64,000 nucleotides of DNA, taken from a phage. The DNA lies in sequence record PZ445536.1. One strand, 5' to 3'. The position numbers and the translations under genes are program-made. Numbering within the stretch: position 1 is the first letter of the stretch; each line of letters opens with the position of its first letter. A model generated the notes under the pieces. That model searched no databases. It was not told the DNA's origin and saw only the letters and a list, made by a program, of their open reading frames with translations. Positions 12,250-22,500 of this stretch are shown here, one piece after another.

Positions 12250-12566
12250 AAGTCCTCAACTTGAAAATCGTCTTTAAACAATCGGTTAACTATATGAGCT
12301 ATTATATCACCATGACACGGCTTTGGTTTACATGTGCATCCTAGCCTCATTCCACGTAAAGGCTCTAAATGTGCTTTAGTTATTTCTCCGGATTTAATTC
12401 GACGTATAAAATCTTTTTTGAATAATTCAATGGCAGCCTCCCGGCTGCCAGCATCTTTACCGACGTAATTTCCCCAAAATGTACCGCGGTGAATATTAAC
12501 ATCAAAGTCGGATTTGTATTTATTCACTACCCGGCATAGACGGCCCGGTTGGTAATAATTCTTCAT
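12240..12566 (-). CDS. hypothetical protein (108 aa)
   Basis: ORF between td and nrdA. Confidence 0.6.
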   Translation of the reverse strand: MKNYYQPGRLCRVVNKYKSDFDVNIHRGTFWGNYVGKDAGSREAAIELFKKDFIRRIKSGEITKAHLEPLRGMRLGCTCKPKPCHGDIIAHIVNRLFKDDFQVEDLCN

Positions 12567-12795
12567 ATTGTTTTTCCGTTAAAACAGTAATATCGTAGTA
12601 ACAGTCAGAAGAAGTTTTAACTGTGGAAATTTTATTGTCAAAATACTCACGAGTCATTTTATGAGTATAGTATTTTTTACCATAAATGGTAATAGGCTGT
12701 TCTGGTCCTGGAACTTCTAACTCGCTTGGATTAGGAAGTGTAAAAAGAACGACACCAGAAGTATCTTTAAATCGTAAAATCATATATCCTCTCAA
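12520..12795 (-). CDS. hypothetical protein (91 aa)
   Basis: ORF between td and nrdA, overlaps previous ORF by 47 nt. Confidence 0.5.
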   Translation of the reverse strand: MRGYMILRFKDTSGVVLFTLPNPSELEVPGPEQPITIYGKKYYTHKMTREYFDNKISTVKTSSDCYYDITVLTEKQYEELLPTGPSMPGSE

Positions 12796-12806
12796 TTAAA
12801 TTAAAA

Positions 12807-13667
12807 TTATACCGCCATTTTTCCTTTAATTGGCAGATGAGATACATAGTTGTTAAGAACAAAATTATGAGGCTTTGCAAATTGACTCAACCAAAATACC
12901 TGCGATTCTGTGTCCCATTCATCAAATTCATCTGGAAATTTTAATTGTAATTCGCATAAATCCATAGGTTCACGACGCAAAATTTCTTTACATTGTTCTA
13001 CGTGATTCATATAGATATGAGTATTACCACCAGAAAATATCAAATCTCCCGGAATAAGATTACACATCTTAGCTACAATATGAACTAACGTAGCATATGA
13101 TGCAATATTAAATGGAAGACCGAGGAAAACATCTACCGAACGTTGATACCACTGCAAATCTAAATAGCCATTACGCACATTAAACTGATAGAACATATGA
13201 CAAGGAGGTAATGCCATATATTTAAGTTCAGCTGGATTCCACGCAGAAACAATTTGACGCCTATCATTTGGCAGTTTTTTAATACGATCAACAACTTCTA
13301 TAATTTGGTCTACACCGCCAAAATCACGCCACTGTTTTCCATAAATTGGACCAAGTTCACCGCTATGGTATCCTAAATCTTTTGCCTGATTTTCGTAATT
13401 TTCATCCCAAACTGTTTTGCCTTGGATTAACGAATCGTGTTGAATTAATCGTAAATCATTAACATTTGTGCTTCCTGATAAAAACCATATTAGCTCAGCA
13501 ATGCATGCATTCCAGGCGAGCTTCTTAGTTGTTACTGCAGGAAAACCTTTGGTTAAATCCCAACGCAATTTAGTACCGAACAGAGCAATTGTTCCTGTGC
13601 CCGTTCGGTCATCGGTTTCATAGCCATTTTCAAAAATGTCTTTAATTAAATCTTGGTATTGTTTCAT
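12807..13667 (-). CDS. td: thymidylate synthase (intron-less)
   Basis: 286 aa (T4 Td length) as one continuous ORF; catalytic LPPCH motif. Confidence 0.92.
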   Translation of the reverse strand: MKQYQDLIKDIFENGYETDDRTGTGTIALFGTKLRWDLTKGFPAVTTKKLAWNACIAELIWFLSGSTNVNDLRLIQHDSLIQGKTVWDENYENQAKDLGYHSGELGPIYGKQWRDFGGVDQIIEVVDRIKKLPNDRRQIVSAWNPAELKYMALPPCHMFYQFNVRNGYLDLQWYQRSVDVFLGLPFNIASYATLVHIVAKMCNLIPGDLIFSGGNTHIYMNHVEQCKEILRREPMDLCELQLKFPDEFDEWDTESQVFWLSQFAKPHNFVLNNYVSHLPIKGKMAV

Positions 13668-13712
13668 TTAGTACCTTATATAAATTATAATACATTTTAT
13701 GAAGCTAAATAA

Positions 13713-14060
13713 TCAATACGGTTTAGCATCAAATTTTCTCTCAATTTCAGGTGTGAAATATAATTCTTTACCGCGTTTGGAAAAACGACCAATAATATGA
13801 TAATTATTCTCATCAAACGTGATATTACCAATATCCATAGCTTTCAACCAAATATCAATATTTCTATCCAGCTTTATGTCAAAATTCCAATACGGAGAAC
13901 TATTACCGAAAATACTGCAAGCGGATTCAGTGAAACAACTACTATAAATCTTGTCTTTAGGAACTACTAATTGATAAACGCCTTTAATAAACTGAGGACC
14001 CTGCCACTTTGGCTGTTTCTCATCTTTTTCTAATAGAATAGGGTAATAATTAAAATTCAT
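13713..14060 (-). CDS. hypothetical protein (115 aa) between frd and td
   Basis: Intact ORF; I do not recall a T4 counterpart at this position. Confidence 0.6.
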   Translation of the reverse strand: MNFNYYPILLEKDEKQPKWQGPQFIKGVYQLVVPKDKIYSSCFTESACSIFGNSSPYWNFDIKLDRNIDIWLKAMDIGNITFDENNYHIIGRFSKRGKELYFTPEIERKFDAKPY

Positions 14061-14079
14061 ATTTCCGCCACGCGTTATT

Positions 14080-14906
<827 letters not shown>

Positions 14907-14916
14907 ATTATTTTCC

Positions 14917-15159
14917 TTAAACAGACTTTTTCACAATTTTCCAATCGGCTTTAAACTGCTCGACGTCAGAATGGTAAATCCAAAATCCTGCGCTTTCACC
15001 GTCTTCATAAAGCGGACACCCATCACATTCATCTTCCCATCCCATGCCACGTAAAAGGTGTTCAGCTTTTTCAACAAGTTCAGAATCTTTACCGATGATA
15101 TTAAAATACCATTTACCTCTAACTTCCGAATCTTTGATGCTCTGACGTTGTAATCTCAT
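14917..15159 (-). CDS. hypothetical protein (about 80 aa from MRLQRQ)
   Basis: ORF 14917..15216; start moved to internal ATG because early promoter 15185-15214 and AAGGAGAATAAAATG SD lie upstream of it. Confidence 0.55.
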   Translation of the reverse strand: MRLQRQSIKDSEVRGKWYFNIIGKDSELVEKAEHLLRGMGWEDECDGCPLYEDGESAGFWIYHSDVEQFKADWKIVKKSV

Positions 15160-15184
15160 TTTATTCTCCTTAGTTGATAAGGCT

Positions 15185-15214
15185 ATAGTATCATTACCAT
15201 AGCCCGTTGTAAAC
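15185..15214 (-). promoter_or_regulatory. T4-type early promoter (GTTTAC, 18 bp, TACTAT)
   Basis: rc gtaaac 15209-15214; rc atagta 15185-15190. Confidence 0.55.
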
Positions 15215-15216
15215 AA

Positions 15217-15477
15217 TTATTTTTGAATTTTATCGAGCCACTTACCAAGCTTAATCATTTCTTTAGTAGCCTTTTCCATACTTCTGAACTTGACCAATAG
15301 AGGATAGGTATCGACACCCATAACTAAACCGGTTACAAGACTGTGTTCACCCACAAGCCATAACGAATACGTTTGAATATCGAGCCCGTAATTTCTGTCT
15401 TTATGGACCCGTACACCCATCACTTCAAATTTCTCACTAGCTTTTTCTACCGCATCCAGGAAATCATCTTTAGTCAT
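15217..15477 (-). CDS. hypothetical protein (about 86 aa)
   Basis: ORF 15217..15519; internal start chosen to avoid a 41-nt overlap with the upstream ORF. Confidence 0.5.
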   Translation of the reverse strand: MTKDDFLDAVEKASEKFEVMGVRVHKDRNYGLDIQTYSLWLVGEHSLVTGLVMGVDTYPLLVKFRSMEKATKEMIKLGKWLDKIQK

Positions 15478-15478
15478 A

Positions 15479-15859
15479 TTAGGCCTTAAAAGTTTTTCGC
15501 AAAAGTTCAATGATTTCATCTACATTGTTTTCATCTACAATGCAGTGAATTTTTGTTACGCCAGAAACCTTGTCTTTGACTTCATCTTCTTCAGAAGTCG
15601 GTTCTTTATACTCACGAAAACAATGAAATTCATCTTCGCAAATTTCTAAAAGTCTATCTTTGAGGTAAAAATGCTTTCCATTTGCGCATTCAATGTGTTT
15701 TACTGCTTTATATCCATTAGCGACGGAAACTTCTTTAACTTCAAACCATCCGCCATTATCTCGAATAGCTTTAACGATTGATGAATTAGAACGTGGGCTA
15801 TAATTAATAAATGTATCAATAAGTCTTGGAACAAGTTCATACTTTTTACCGGTATACAT
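15479..15859 (-). CDS. hypothetical protein (126 aa)
   Basis: ORF in frd-32 interval. Confidence 0.6.
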   Translation of the reverse strand: MYTGKKYELVPRLIDTFINYSPRSNSSIVKAIRDNGGWFEVKEVSVANGYKAVKHIECANGKHFYLKDRLLEICEDEFHCFREYKEPTSEEDEVKDKVSGVTKIHCIVDENNVDEIIELLRKTFKA

Positions 15860-15880
15860 TACGGTTTCCTCATTTTAATA

Positions 15881-15896
15881 GGGGCTTGATAGCCCC
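15881..15896 (-). other. intercistronic stem-loop GGGGCUAUCAAGCCCC
   Basis: 5-bp G/C stem read from sequence between two ORFs. Confidence 0.4.
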
Positions 15897-15903
15897 TTGA
15901 TAA

Positions 15904-16134
15904 TTATTGTTCAATCAGTCCCATGTAAAATTCTGCGTCTTCAGAATCCATGCCATCACAATATTCATTAGCCATAAAGCGGGTGAGGTCTTCAAGAGGA
16001 CCTTCAATGACAATAGAAAAATTGCAATAATTGGGATCATCGTGAATACTTGTGATACTAAGTTCAGGATAACGATTACGAATAATTTCTTCGATATATT
16101 CAAAATCAACGATGTCAATATCAACTTTAGCCAT
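15904..16134 (-). CDS. hypothetical acidic protein (about 76 aa from MAKVDIDIV)
   Basis: ORF 15904..16197; start set at internal ATG downstream of early promoter and AGAGGAAAATAATATG SD. Confidence 0.55.
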   Translation of the reverse strand: MAKVDIDIVDFEYIEEIIRNRYPELSITSIHDDPNYCNFSIVIEGPLEDLTRFMANEYCDGMDSEDAEFYMGLIEQ

Positions 16135-16177
16135 ATTATTTTCCTCTTTAATCATCAGCAGTATTGCCGATAGTTGT

Positions 16178-16207
16178 ATAGTACCATGGAAGGACAAGGA
16201 TGTAAAC
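16178..16207 (-). promoter_or_regulatory. T4-type early promoter cassette (GTTTAC, 18 bp, TGGTACTATA)
   Basis: rc gtaaac 16202-16207; rc atagta 16178-16183; member of conserved 55-bp cassette family. Confidence 0.6.
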
Positions 16208-16232
16208 TGTTTTGTGAAAAAAATTTTTGAAA

Positions 16233-16260
16233 TAAAAAAAGGGGACCTCTAGGGTCCCCC
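16233..16260 (-). terminator. Rho-independent terminator downstream of gene 32
   Basis: GGGGGACCCUAGAGGUCCCC hairpin followed by U7 on - strand. Confidence 0.75.
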
Positions 16261-16282
16261 AATTAATTAATAATATAATCTA

Positions 16283-17191
16283 TTAAAGGTCATTCAAAAG
16301 GTCATCCAGGTCCGTGTCATCAGCACTAGATGAACTGCCAGAGCTTGAGCTCATAAAATCATCTTCAGTTTTTGTATTGAAGTCATCAACATTGAATGCA
16401 TCCAAATCATCAGCAACTTTATCAGCTTTCTTAGCAGCAGTCGCTGCGGCACCGCCCATCACAGCAGTTCCCATAACTTGACCGAATTTAGTATTCAGTT
16501 CTTCAAATGATTTGAATTTATCTTTAGAAGTCATTTCAGAAAGGTCAACCATTTGTTCGAACAGTTCTTTCTGGAAAGATTCATCATCAATGTTTGGAAT
16601 CGCAGATTGATTCAGGAATTTAGATTCGTCGTAGTTACTAAATCCAGAAACTTGTTTAACTTTCAGTACAAAGTTAGCACCTTCCCACGGACAAGTTACA
16701 TCAACTGGAGTTTCACCCATTTCAACATCAACCGCAATCATTGCATTGATTTTATCCCAGATTTTCTTACCGAAACGGTATTTAAATACTTTACCTTCGT
16801 TTTCTGGAGCAGCTGGGTCTTTTACTACAAGAATGTTAGCCCAGTAAGAAGTTTTACGTTTAACAAGACTGTACTCTTTATTGTCAGTGTTGTACAGATC
16901 ATTTTTACTAATGTATTGACATACTGGGCAAGAATCGTAATCACCGTGGGTAGATGAACAGTTTTCAATATACCATTTACCATTTTTCTTGAAACCGTGA
17001 TTTACAAGAATTGCGAATGGTGCTTGTTCATCATTTTTAGACGGAAGAAAACGAATTACTGCTTGACCGTTACCCGCATTGTCGAGTTTCAGTTTCCACT
17101 CGCCTTTATCTTCAGAAGAAAAACCACCTTTATTTCCAGCCAGTTTAGCCATTTGTGCAGCGAGTTCAGCAGTAGATTTACGTTTAAACAT
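16283..17191 (-). CDS. 32: gp32 single-stranded DNA-binding protein
   Basis: 302 aa, [17 protein letters not shown], acidic C-terminal tail; T4 gp32. Confidence 0.93.
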   Translation of the reverse strand: MFKRKSTAELAAQMAKLAGNKGGFSSEDKGEWKLKLDNAGNGQAVIRFLPSKNDEQAPFAILVNHGFKKNGKWYIENCSSTHGDYDSCPVCQYISKNDLYNTDNKEYSLVKRKTSYWANILVVKDPAAPENEGKVFKYRFGKKIWDKINAMIAVDVEMGETPVDVTCPWEGANFVLKVKQVSGFSNYDESKFLNQSAIPNIDDESFQKELFEQMVDLSEMTSKDKFKSFEELNTKFGQVMGTAVMGGAAATAAKKADKVADDLDAFNVDDFNTKTEDDFMSSSSGSSSSADDTDLDDLLNDL

Positions 17192-17262
17192 TTTTATTTC
17201 CTTTTTAATTTAATTAACAGTTGGTGCTATGACGATGTATGACCTCATAGCTGGTCAGTGAG
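17192..17262 (-). promoter_or_regulatory. gene 32 5' leader: AU-rich translational operator with upstream stem (autogenous repression site)
   Basis: UUAAUUAAAUUAAAAAGGAAAUAAAAAUG upstream of the 32 start plus GCUAUGA...UCAUAGC stem; known gp32 autoregulation architecture. Confidence 0.55.
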
Positions 17263-17274
17263 ATAATTATAATC

Positions 17275-17282
17275 TATTTATA
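17275..17282 (-). promoter_or_regulatory. late promoter TATAAATA upstream of gene 32
   Basis: rc of tatttata on + strand. Confidence 0.5.
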
Positions 17283-17290
17283 ATAAGCAA

Positions 17291-17944
17291 TTAATACTTA
17301 CAAGATTTCACAGTTTCAATGAAAACACTTTTAGCTTTCTGTGAATCAATATTTAAAATTTTTCTATAAGCCTTTAACTTTATAGAATAATTATTCCAGA
17401 CTAAATTATCAGTCTGTTCATCATGTTTATCAATTATATTTAAAAATGAATCAAGCAAGATAAACGTCTCAAACGAAATTATGTTCGACTGAAGCAGTTT
17501 AAAAATATAACTTGATTGAACTTTTGGATTATATTCAAAAATTTCTTTAAAAGCAGAAACTTCAACTTTTTTACTAAAATAATAAATGTTGCGAATATCT
17601 TCTTCAAACTTAAATTTAATTTGCTTTAAGCGTCCGATATATTCACGATAAAACACAAGTGCATCAGCGTCAGAGATGTCACCAATCCAAGCATCTTGGT
17701 TAGCAACCAAATTACTTATAAAGATTAAAGCAAGTTCCTTTAATTTATATTTTTCTGATAACTTCTGGAAAAAATACTTATCCCTTCGCTTTTGATAAGC
17801 GGCATCAGACACCCGCATGCACCAATTATACTTAATTACATCATACTTTCCATTCATATGTTGTTTTATCATTAAGTATAATTTATAAACTGATTTACCA
17901 TCAATGTATCTTTCACCACCAGCAGGCATGCGGAGTTTAATCAT
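17291..17944 (-). CDS. 59: gp59 helicase loader
   Basis: 217 aa, MIKLRMPAGGERYIDGKSVYKLY; T4 gp59. Confidence 0.9.
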   Translation of the reverse strand: MIKLRMPAGGERYIDGKSVYKLYLMIKQHMNGKYDVIKYNWCMRVSDAAYQKRRDKYFFQKLSEKYKLKELALIFISNLVANQDAWIGDISDADALVFYREYIGRLKQIKFKFEEDIRNIYYFSKKVEVSAFKEIFEYNPKVQSSYIFKLLQSNIISFETFILLDSFLNIIDKHDEQTDNLVWNNYSIKLKAYRKILNIDSQKAKSVFIETVKSCKY

Positions 17945-18279
17945 AGTAGAAAATCTAATGTATTAGTTTTTTCACAACGAACAACAGAAGGACGTAAAAG
18001 ATTTTCGTCAATAGCTTCTGACTGAATTTTTTCAATTATACCCGAAGGAATAAATTTAGCAAATTGAGTTTCAGGAATAGAATTTTCTTCCAAGAATGCT
18101 GTCGTAGCTTCAAGATAACTCATTCCAAACTCTTCTACCATTTTTTCAATAATAAATCCATTTTCTTGACGATCAAGAAGCTTTGCTATTTCATCCTTTT
18201 CTTTCTTAATTGAAAGTTCTTTTTCTGAAAGACCGGTCTCATCGACCGGACGAATATCATTTAGAGAAAACTGTGTCAT
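17941..18279 (-). CDS. 33: gp33 late transcription co-activator
   Basis: 112 aa from MTQFSLNDIRPVDE; T4 gp33. Confidence 0.85.
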   Translation of the reverse strand: MTQFSLNDIRPVDETGLSEKELSIKKEKDEIAKLLDRQENGFIIEKMVEEFGMSYLEATTAFLEENSIPETQFAKFIPSGIIEKIQSEAIDENLLRPSVVRCEKTNTLDFLL

Positions 18280-18526
18280 AAAGTTCAACTACCTCTTCAG
18301 TTTCAGCTTCAAACACATCACGGTTATCTTTATGATACAAAGCTAATAGACGATTAAACATCTTACCATCAACGCCAAGTTCATCTTTGGCACGAATTCG
18401 AATATCTTTAATCAGTTCATTATAACCGGAAATTTTCAGTTTATGATCAGATGCTTCTTTAATAAATTTAGCCAAGTCTTCGCCATGGATAGCTTCATCA
18501 AATTCAACCATTTCTTTTTTAGCCAT
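18257..18526 (-). CDS. dsbA: DsbA double-stranded DNA-binding protein
   Basis: 89 aa; T4 DsbA length and position between rnh and 33. Confidence 0.85.
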   Translation of the reverse strand: MAKKEMVEFDEAIHGEDLAKFIKEASDHKLKISGYNELIKDIRIRAKDELGVDGKMFNRLLALYHKDNRDVFEAETEEVVELYDTVFSK

Positions 18527-18534
18527 TATTCACC

Positions 18535-19452
18535 TCAAAATTCATTAATGCTATTAGTTAATTTAGAAAGACCCGCTTTTACAAAATATGAATAAATTTT
18601 GCCACGCGGTGGTAATTTATATGAATTATAGTAATTCACAATGTTTGAAGCAATATTATCAGGAATATAATCAAAATCAATTAGAACTAAATTTTCTTTA
18701 TAACGATTATATTCAGATTCTGTGAGAAGCACCTTAGCTTGCTCACGGTCATTAGCAATAGCTTCAACGATTGAAGTTTTCATTGAAGGAGTTCGTTCAC
18801 CTTCAACTCTGGTAAACCAAAAGTCAGATCGTACTTTAACTGAAGCAACGTTATCCTTTTTGTCGCCTTTAAGGATTTTAGTCATGCAATCAATTTCAGC
18901 AGAACCGCTTTTAATTTTAACCCATTTCTTATGCATCGGTGACCATTGCTTAACATTTGGATATTTGTGAAGCTGTGTAAAGTCACCATCCGATGAAATG
19001 ATTAAAATCTTGTGTCCTTCTAAAGAGAACTTTTTAACAAGAACAGCAATGTGGTCATCCGCTTCATACTTATCAATATCCATAACAATGTATGGCATAT
19101 AAGCTTTCAATTCATCTATAACTTTATGGCTGGATTCAAAATAACCTTCCCAGTCCCAAGTAGATTCTTCTCGTGCTTTTCCACGGTTTTTCTTATAATA
19201 ATAAGCGAAATCACGACGCCAGTATCCAGATTTCGCGTTATCAATACACAGTACAATTTTAGTGTATCCAAGCGTTTTTGCTTTTTTGACATTAAACTTA
19301 ATTGAGTTCAATATCAAATGACGAACCATTGATAAATTAATTTTTTCTTTATCTGGGAAGTTTACTAAAGCAGTTGAAAGCGCAATTTGACTAAAGTCAA
19401 TAAAGCAAATTCCTTCTTTGTAATCTTCATCCAACATCATTTCTAAATCCAT
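18535..19452 (-). CDS. rnh: RNase H (FEN-1-like 5'-3' exonuclease)
   Basis: 305 aa from MDLEMMLDEDYKEG; T4 RNase H. Confidence 0.9.
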   Translation of the reverse strand: MDLEMMLDEDYKEGICFIDFSQIALSTALVNFPDKEKINLSMVRHLILNSIKFNVKKAKTLGYTKIVLCIDNAKSGYWRRDFAYYYKKNRGKAREESTWDWEGYFESSHKVIDELKAYMPYIVMDIDKYEADDHIAVLVKKFSLEGHKILIISSDGDFTQLHKYPNVKQWSPMHKKWVKIKSGSAEIDCMTKILKGDKKDNVASVKVRSDFWFTRVEGERTPSMKTSIVEAIANDREQAKVLLTESEYNRYKENLVLIDFDYIPDNIASNIVNYYNSYKLPPRGKIYSYFVKAGLSKLTNSINEF

Positions 19453-19481
19453 ATGAACCTCGTTCAATTAGTGAGATTTCT

Positions 19482-19511
19482 ATTATATACCATCCAAATC
19501 TTAAAGTAAAC
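19482..19511 (-). promoter_or_regulatory. T4-type early promoter for rnh (GTTTAC, 18 bp, TATAAT)
   Basis: rc gtaaac 19506-19511; rc attata 19482-19487; divergent from late P34. Confidence 0.55.
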
Positions 19512-19514
19512 AAG

Positions 19515-19522
19515 TATAAATA
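19515..19522 (+). promoter_or_regulatory. late promoter TATAAATA for gene 34
   Basis: Exact T4 late -10 consensus about 35 nt upstream of the gene 34 ATG, followed by GGAG SD. Confidence 0.7.
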
Positions 19523-19556
19523 CTTATTATTGAAAACACAATAGGAGCCCGGGAGA

Positions 19557-22500
19557 ATGGCCGAGATTAAAAGAAAGTTCAGAGCAGAAGATGGTCTGGA
19601 CGCAGGTGGCGATAAAATAATCAACGTAGCTTTAGCTGATCGTACCGTAGGAACTGACGGTGTTAACGTTGATTACTTAATTCAAGAAAACACAGTTCAA
19701 CAATACGATCCAACTCGTGGATATTTAAAAGATTTTGTAATCATTTATGATAACCGCTTTTGGGCTGCTATAAATGATATTCCAAAACCGGCAGGAGCTT
19801 TTAATAGCGGACGCTGGAGAGCATTACGTACCGATGCTAACTGGATTACAGTCTCATCTGGTTCATATCAATTAAAATCCGGTGAAGCTATTTCGGTTAA
19901 CACCGCAGCTGGTAATGATATTACATTTACTTTACCATCTTCTCCAATTGATGGTGATACTATCGTTCTCCAAGATATTGGAGGAAAACCTGGAGTTAAC
20001 CAAGTTTTAATTGTAGCTCCGGTGCAAAGTATTGTAAACTTCAGAGGTCAACAAGTACGTTCAGTACTAATGACTCATCCAAAGTCACAGCTAGTTTTAA
20101 TTTTTAGTAATCGTCTGTGGCAAATGTATGTTGCTGATTATAGTAGAGAAGCTGTAGTTATAACACCAGCAAGTCTCTATCAGGCGCAATCTAATGATTT
20201 TATCGTACGTAGATTTACTTCTGCTGCACCAATTAATGTTAAACTTCCAAGATTTGCTAATCATGGCGATATTATTAATTTCGTTGATTTAGATAAACTG
20301 AATCCACTTTATCATACAATTGTTACTACATACGATGAAACGACTTCAGTACAAGAAGTTGGAACTCATTCCATTGAAGGCCGTACATCGATTGACGGTT
20401 TCTTGATGTTTGATGATAATGAGAAATTGTGGAGATTGTTTGACGGTGACAGTAAAGCGCGTTTACGCATTATAACGACTAATTCTAATATTCGTCCAAA
20501 TGAAGAAGTCATGGTATTTGGTGCGAATAACGGAACAACTCAAACAATTGAGCTTCAGCTTCCAACTAATATTTCTGTTGGTGATACTGTTAAAATTTCC
20601 ATGAATTACATGAGAAAAGGACAAACAGTTAAAATCAAAGCTGCCGGTGAAGATAAAATTGCTTCTTCAGTTCAATTGCTGCAATTCCCAAAACGTTCAG
20701 AATATCCGCCTGAAGCTGAATGGGTAACTGTTCAAGAATTAGTTTTTAACGGTGAAACTAATTATGTTCCAGTTTTACAACTTGCTTATATAGAAGATTC
20801 TGATGGAAAATACTGGGTTGTACAACAAAACGTTCCAACCGTAGAAAGAGTAGACTCTTTGAATGATTCTACTAGAGCAAGATTAGGCGTAATTGCTTTA
20901 GCTACACAAGCTCAAGCTAATGTCGATTTAGAAAATTCTCCACAAAAAGAATTAGCAATTACTCCAGAAACATTAGCTAACCGTACTGCTACAGAAACTC
21001 GCAGAGGTATTGCAAGAATAGCAACTACTGCTCAAGTGAATCAGAACACCACATTCTCTTTTGCAGATGACCTTATCATTACTCCTAAAAAGCTGAATGA
21101 AAGAACTGCTACAGAAACTCGCAGAGGTGTTGCTGAAATTGCTACGCAGCAAGAAACTAATGCAGGAACCGATGATACTACAATCATCACTCCTAAAAAG
21201 CTTCAAGCTCGTCAAGGTTCTGAATCATTATCTGGTATTGTAACTTTTGTATCTACCACAGGCGCTACTCCAGCTTCTAGTCGTGAATTAAATGGTACAA
21301 ACGTTTATAATAAAAACACTAATAATTTAGTTGTTTCACCTAAAGCTTTGGATCAGTATAAAGCTACTCCAACGCAGCAAGGTGCAGTAATTTTAGCAGT
21401 TGAAAGTGAAGTAATTGCTGGACAAAGTCAGGAAGGATGGGCAAATGCTGTTGTAACACCAGAAACGTTACATAAAAAGACATCAACTGATGGAAGAATT
21501 GGTTTAATTGAAATTGCTACTCAAAGCGAAGTTAATACAGGAACTGATTATACTCGTGCAGTCACTCCTAAAACTTTAAATGACCGTAGAGCAACTGAAA
21601 GTTTAAGTGGTATAGCTGAAATTGCTACACAAGTTGAATTCGACGCAGGCGTCGACGATACTCGTATCTCTACACCATTAAAAATTAAAACTAGATTTAA
21701 TAGTACTGATCGTACTTCTGTTGTTGCTCTATCTGGATTAGTTGAATCAGGAACTCTCTGGGACCATTATACCCTTAATATTCTTGAAGCAAATGAGACA
21801 CAGCGTGGTACACTTCGTGTAGCTACACAGGTCGAAGCTGCTGCAGGAACATTAGATAATGTTTTAATAACTCCTAAAAAGCTTTTAGGTACTAAATCTA
21901 CCGAATCACAGGAAGGTGTTATTAAAGTTGCAACCCAGTCTGAAACTGTTACTGGAACGTCAGCAAATACTGCTGTATCTCCAAAAAATTTAAAATGGAT
22001 TGTGCAGAGTGAACCTACTTGGGCAGCTACTACTGCGATAAGAGGTTTTGTTAAAACTTCATCTGGTTCAATTACATTCGTTGGTAATGATACAGTTGGT
22101 TCTACACAGAGCTTAGAGCTATACGAGAAAAATAGCTATGCAGTATCACCATATGAATTAAACCGTGTATTAGCAAATTATTTGCCGTTAAAAGCAAAAG
22201 CTGCTGATACAAATTTATTAGATGGTCTAGATTCATCTCAGTTCATTCGTAGGGATATTGCACAGACGGTTAATGGTTCACTAACCTTAACCCAACAAAC
22301 GAATCTGAGTGCCCCTCTTGTATCATCTAGTACTGCTACGTTTGGTGGATCAGTTTCGGCAAATAGTACATTAACTATTTCTAATACTGGAACGGCAACT
22401 CGTCTGATATTTGAGAAAGGACCTCAAACTGGAACGAACCCAGCGCAGACGATGACTATCAGAGTTTGGGGAAATCAGTTTGGTGGTGGATCAGATACAA

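Noticed and set aside
12807-13667. Group I intron / homing endonuclease in td or nrdB
   Set aside because: Both genes are continuous full-length ORFs; no intervening non-coding block or GIY-YIG/HNH ORF inside them
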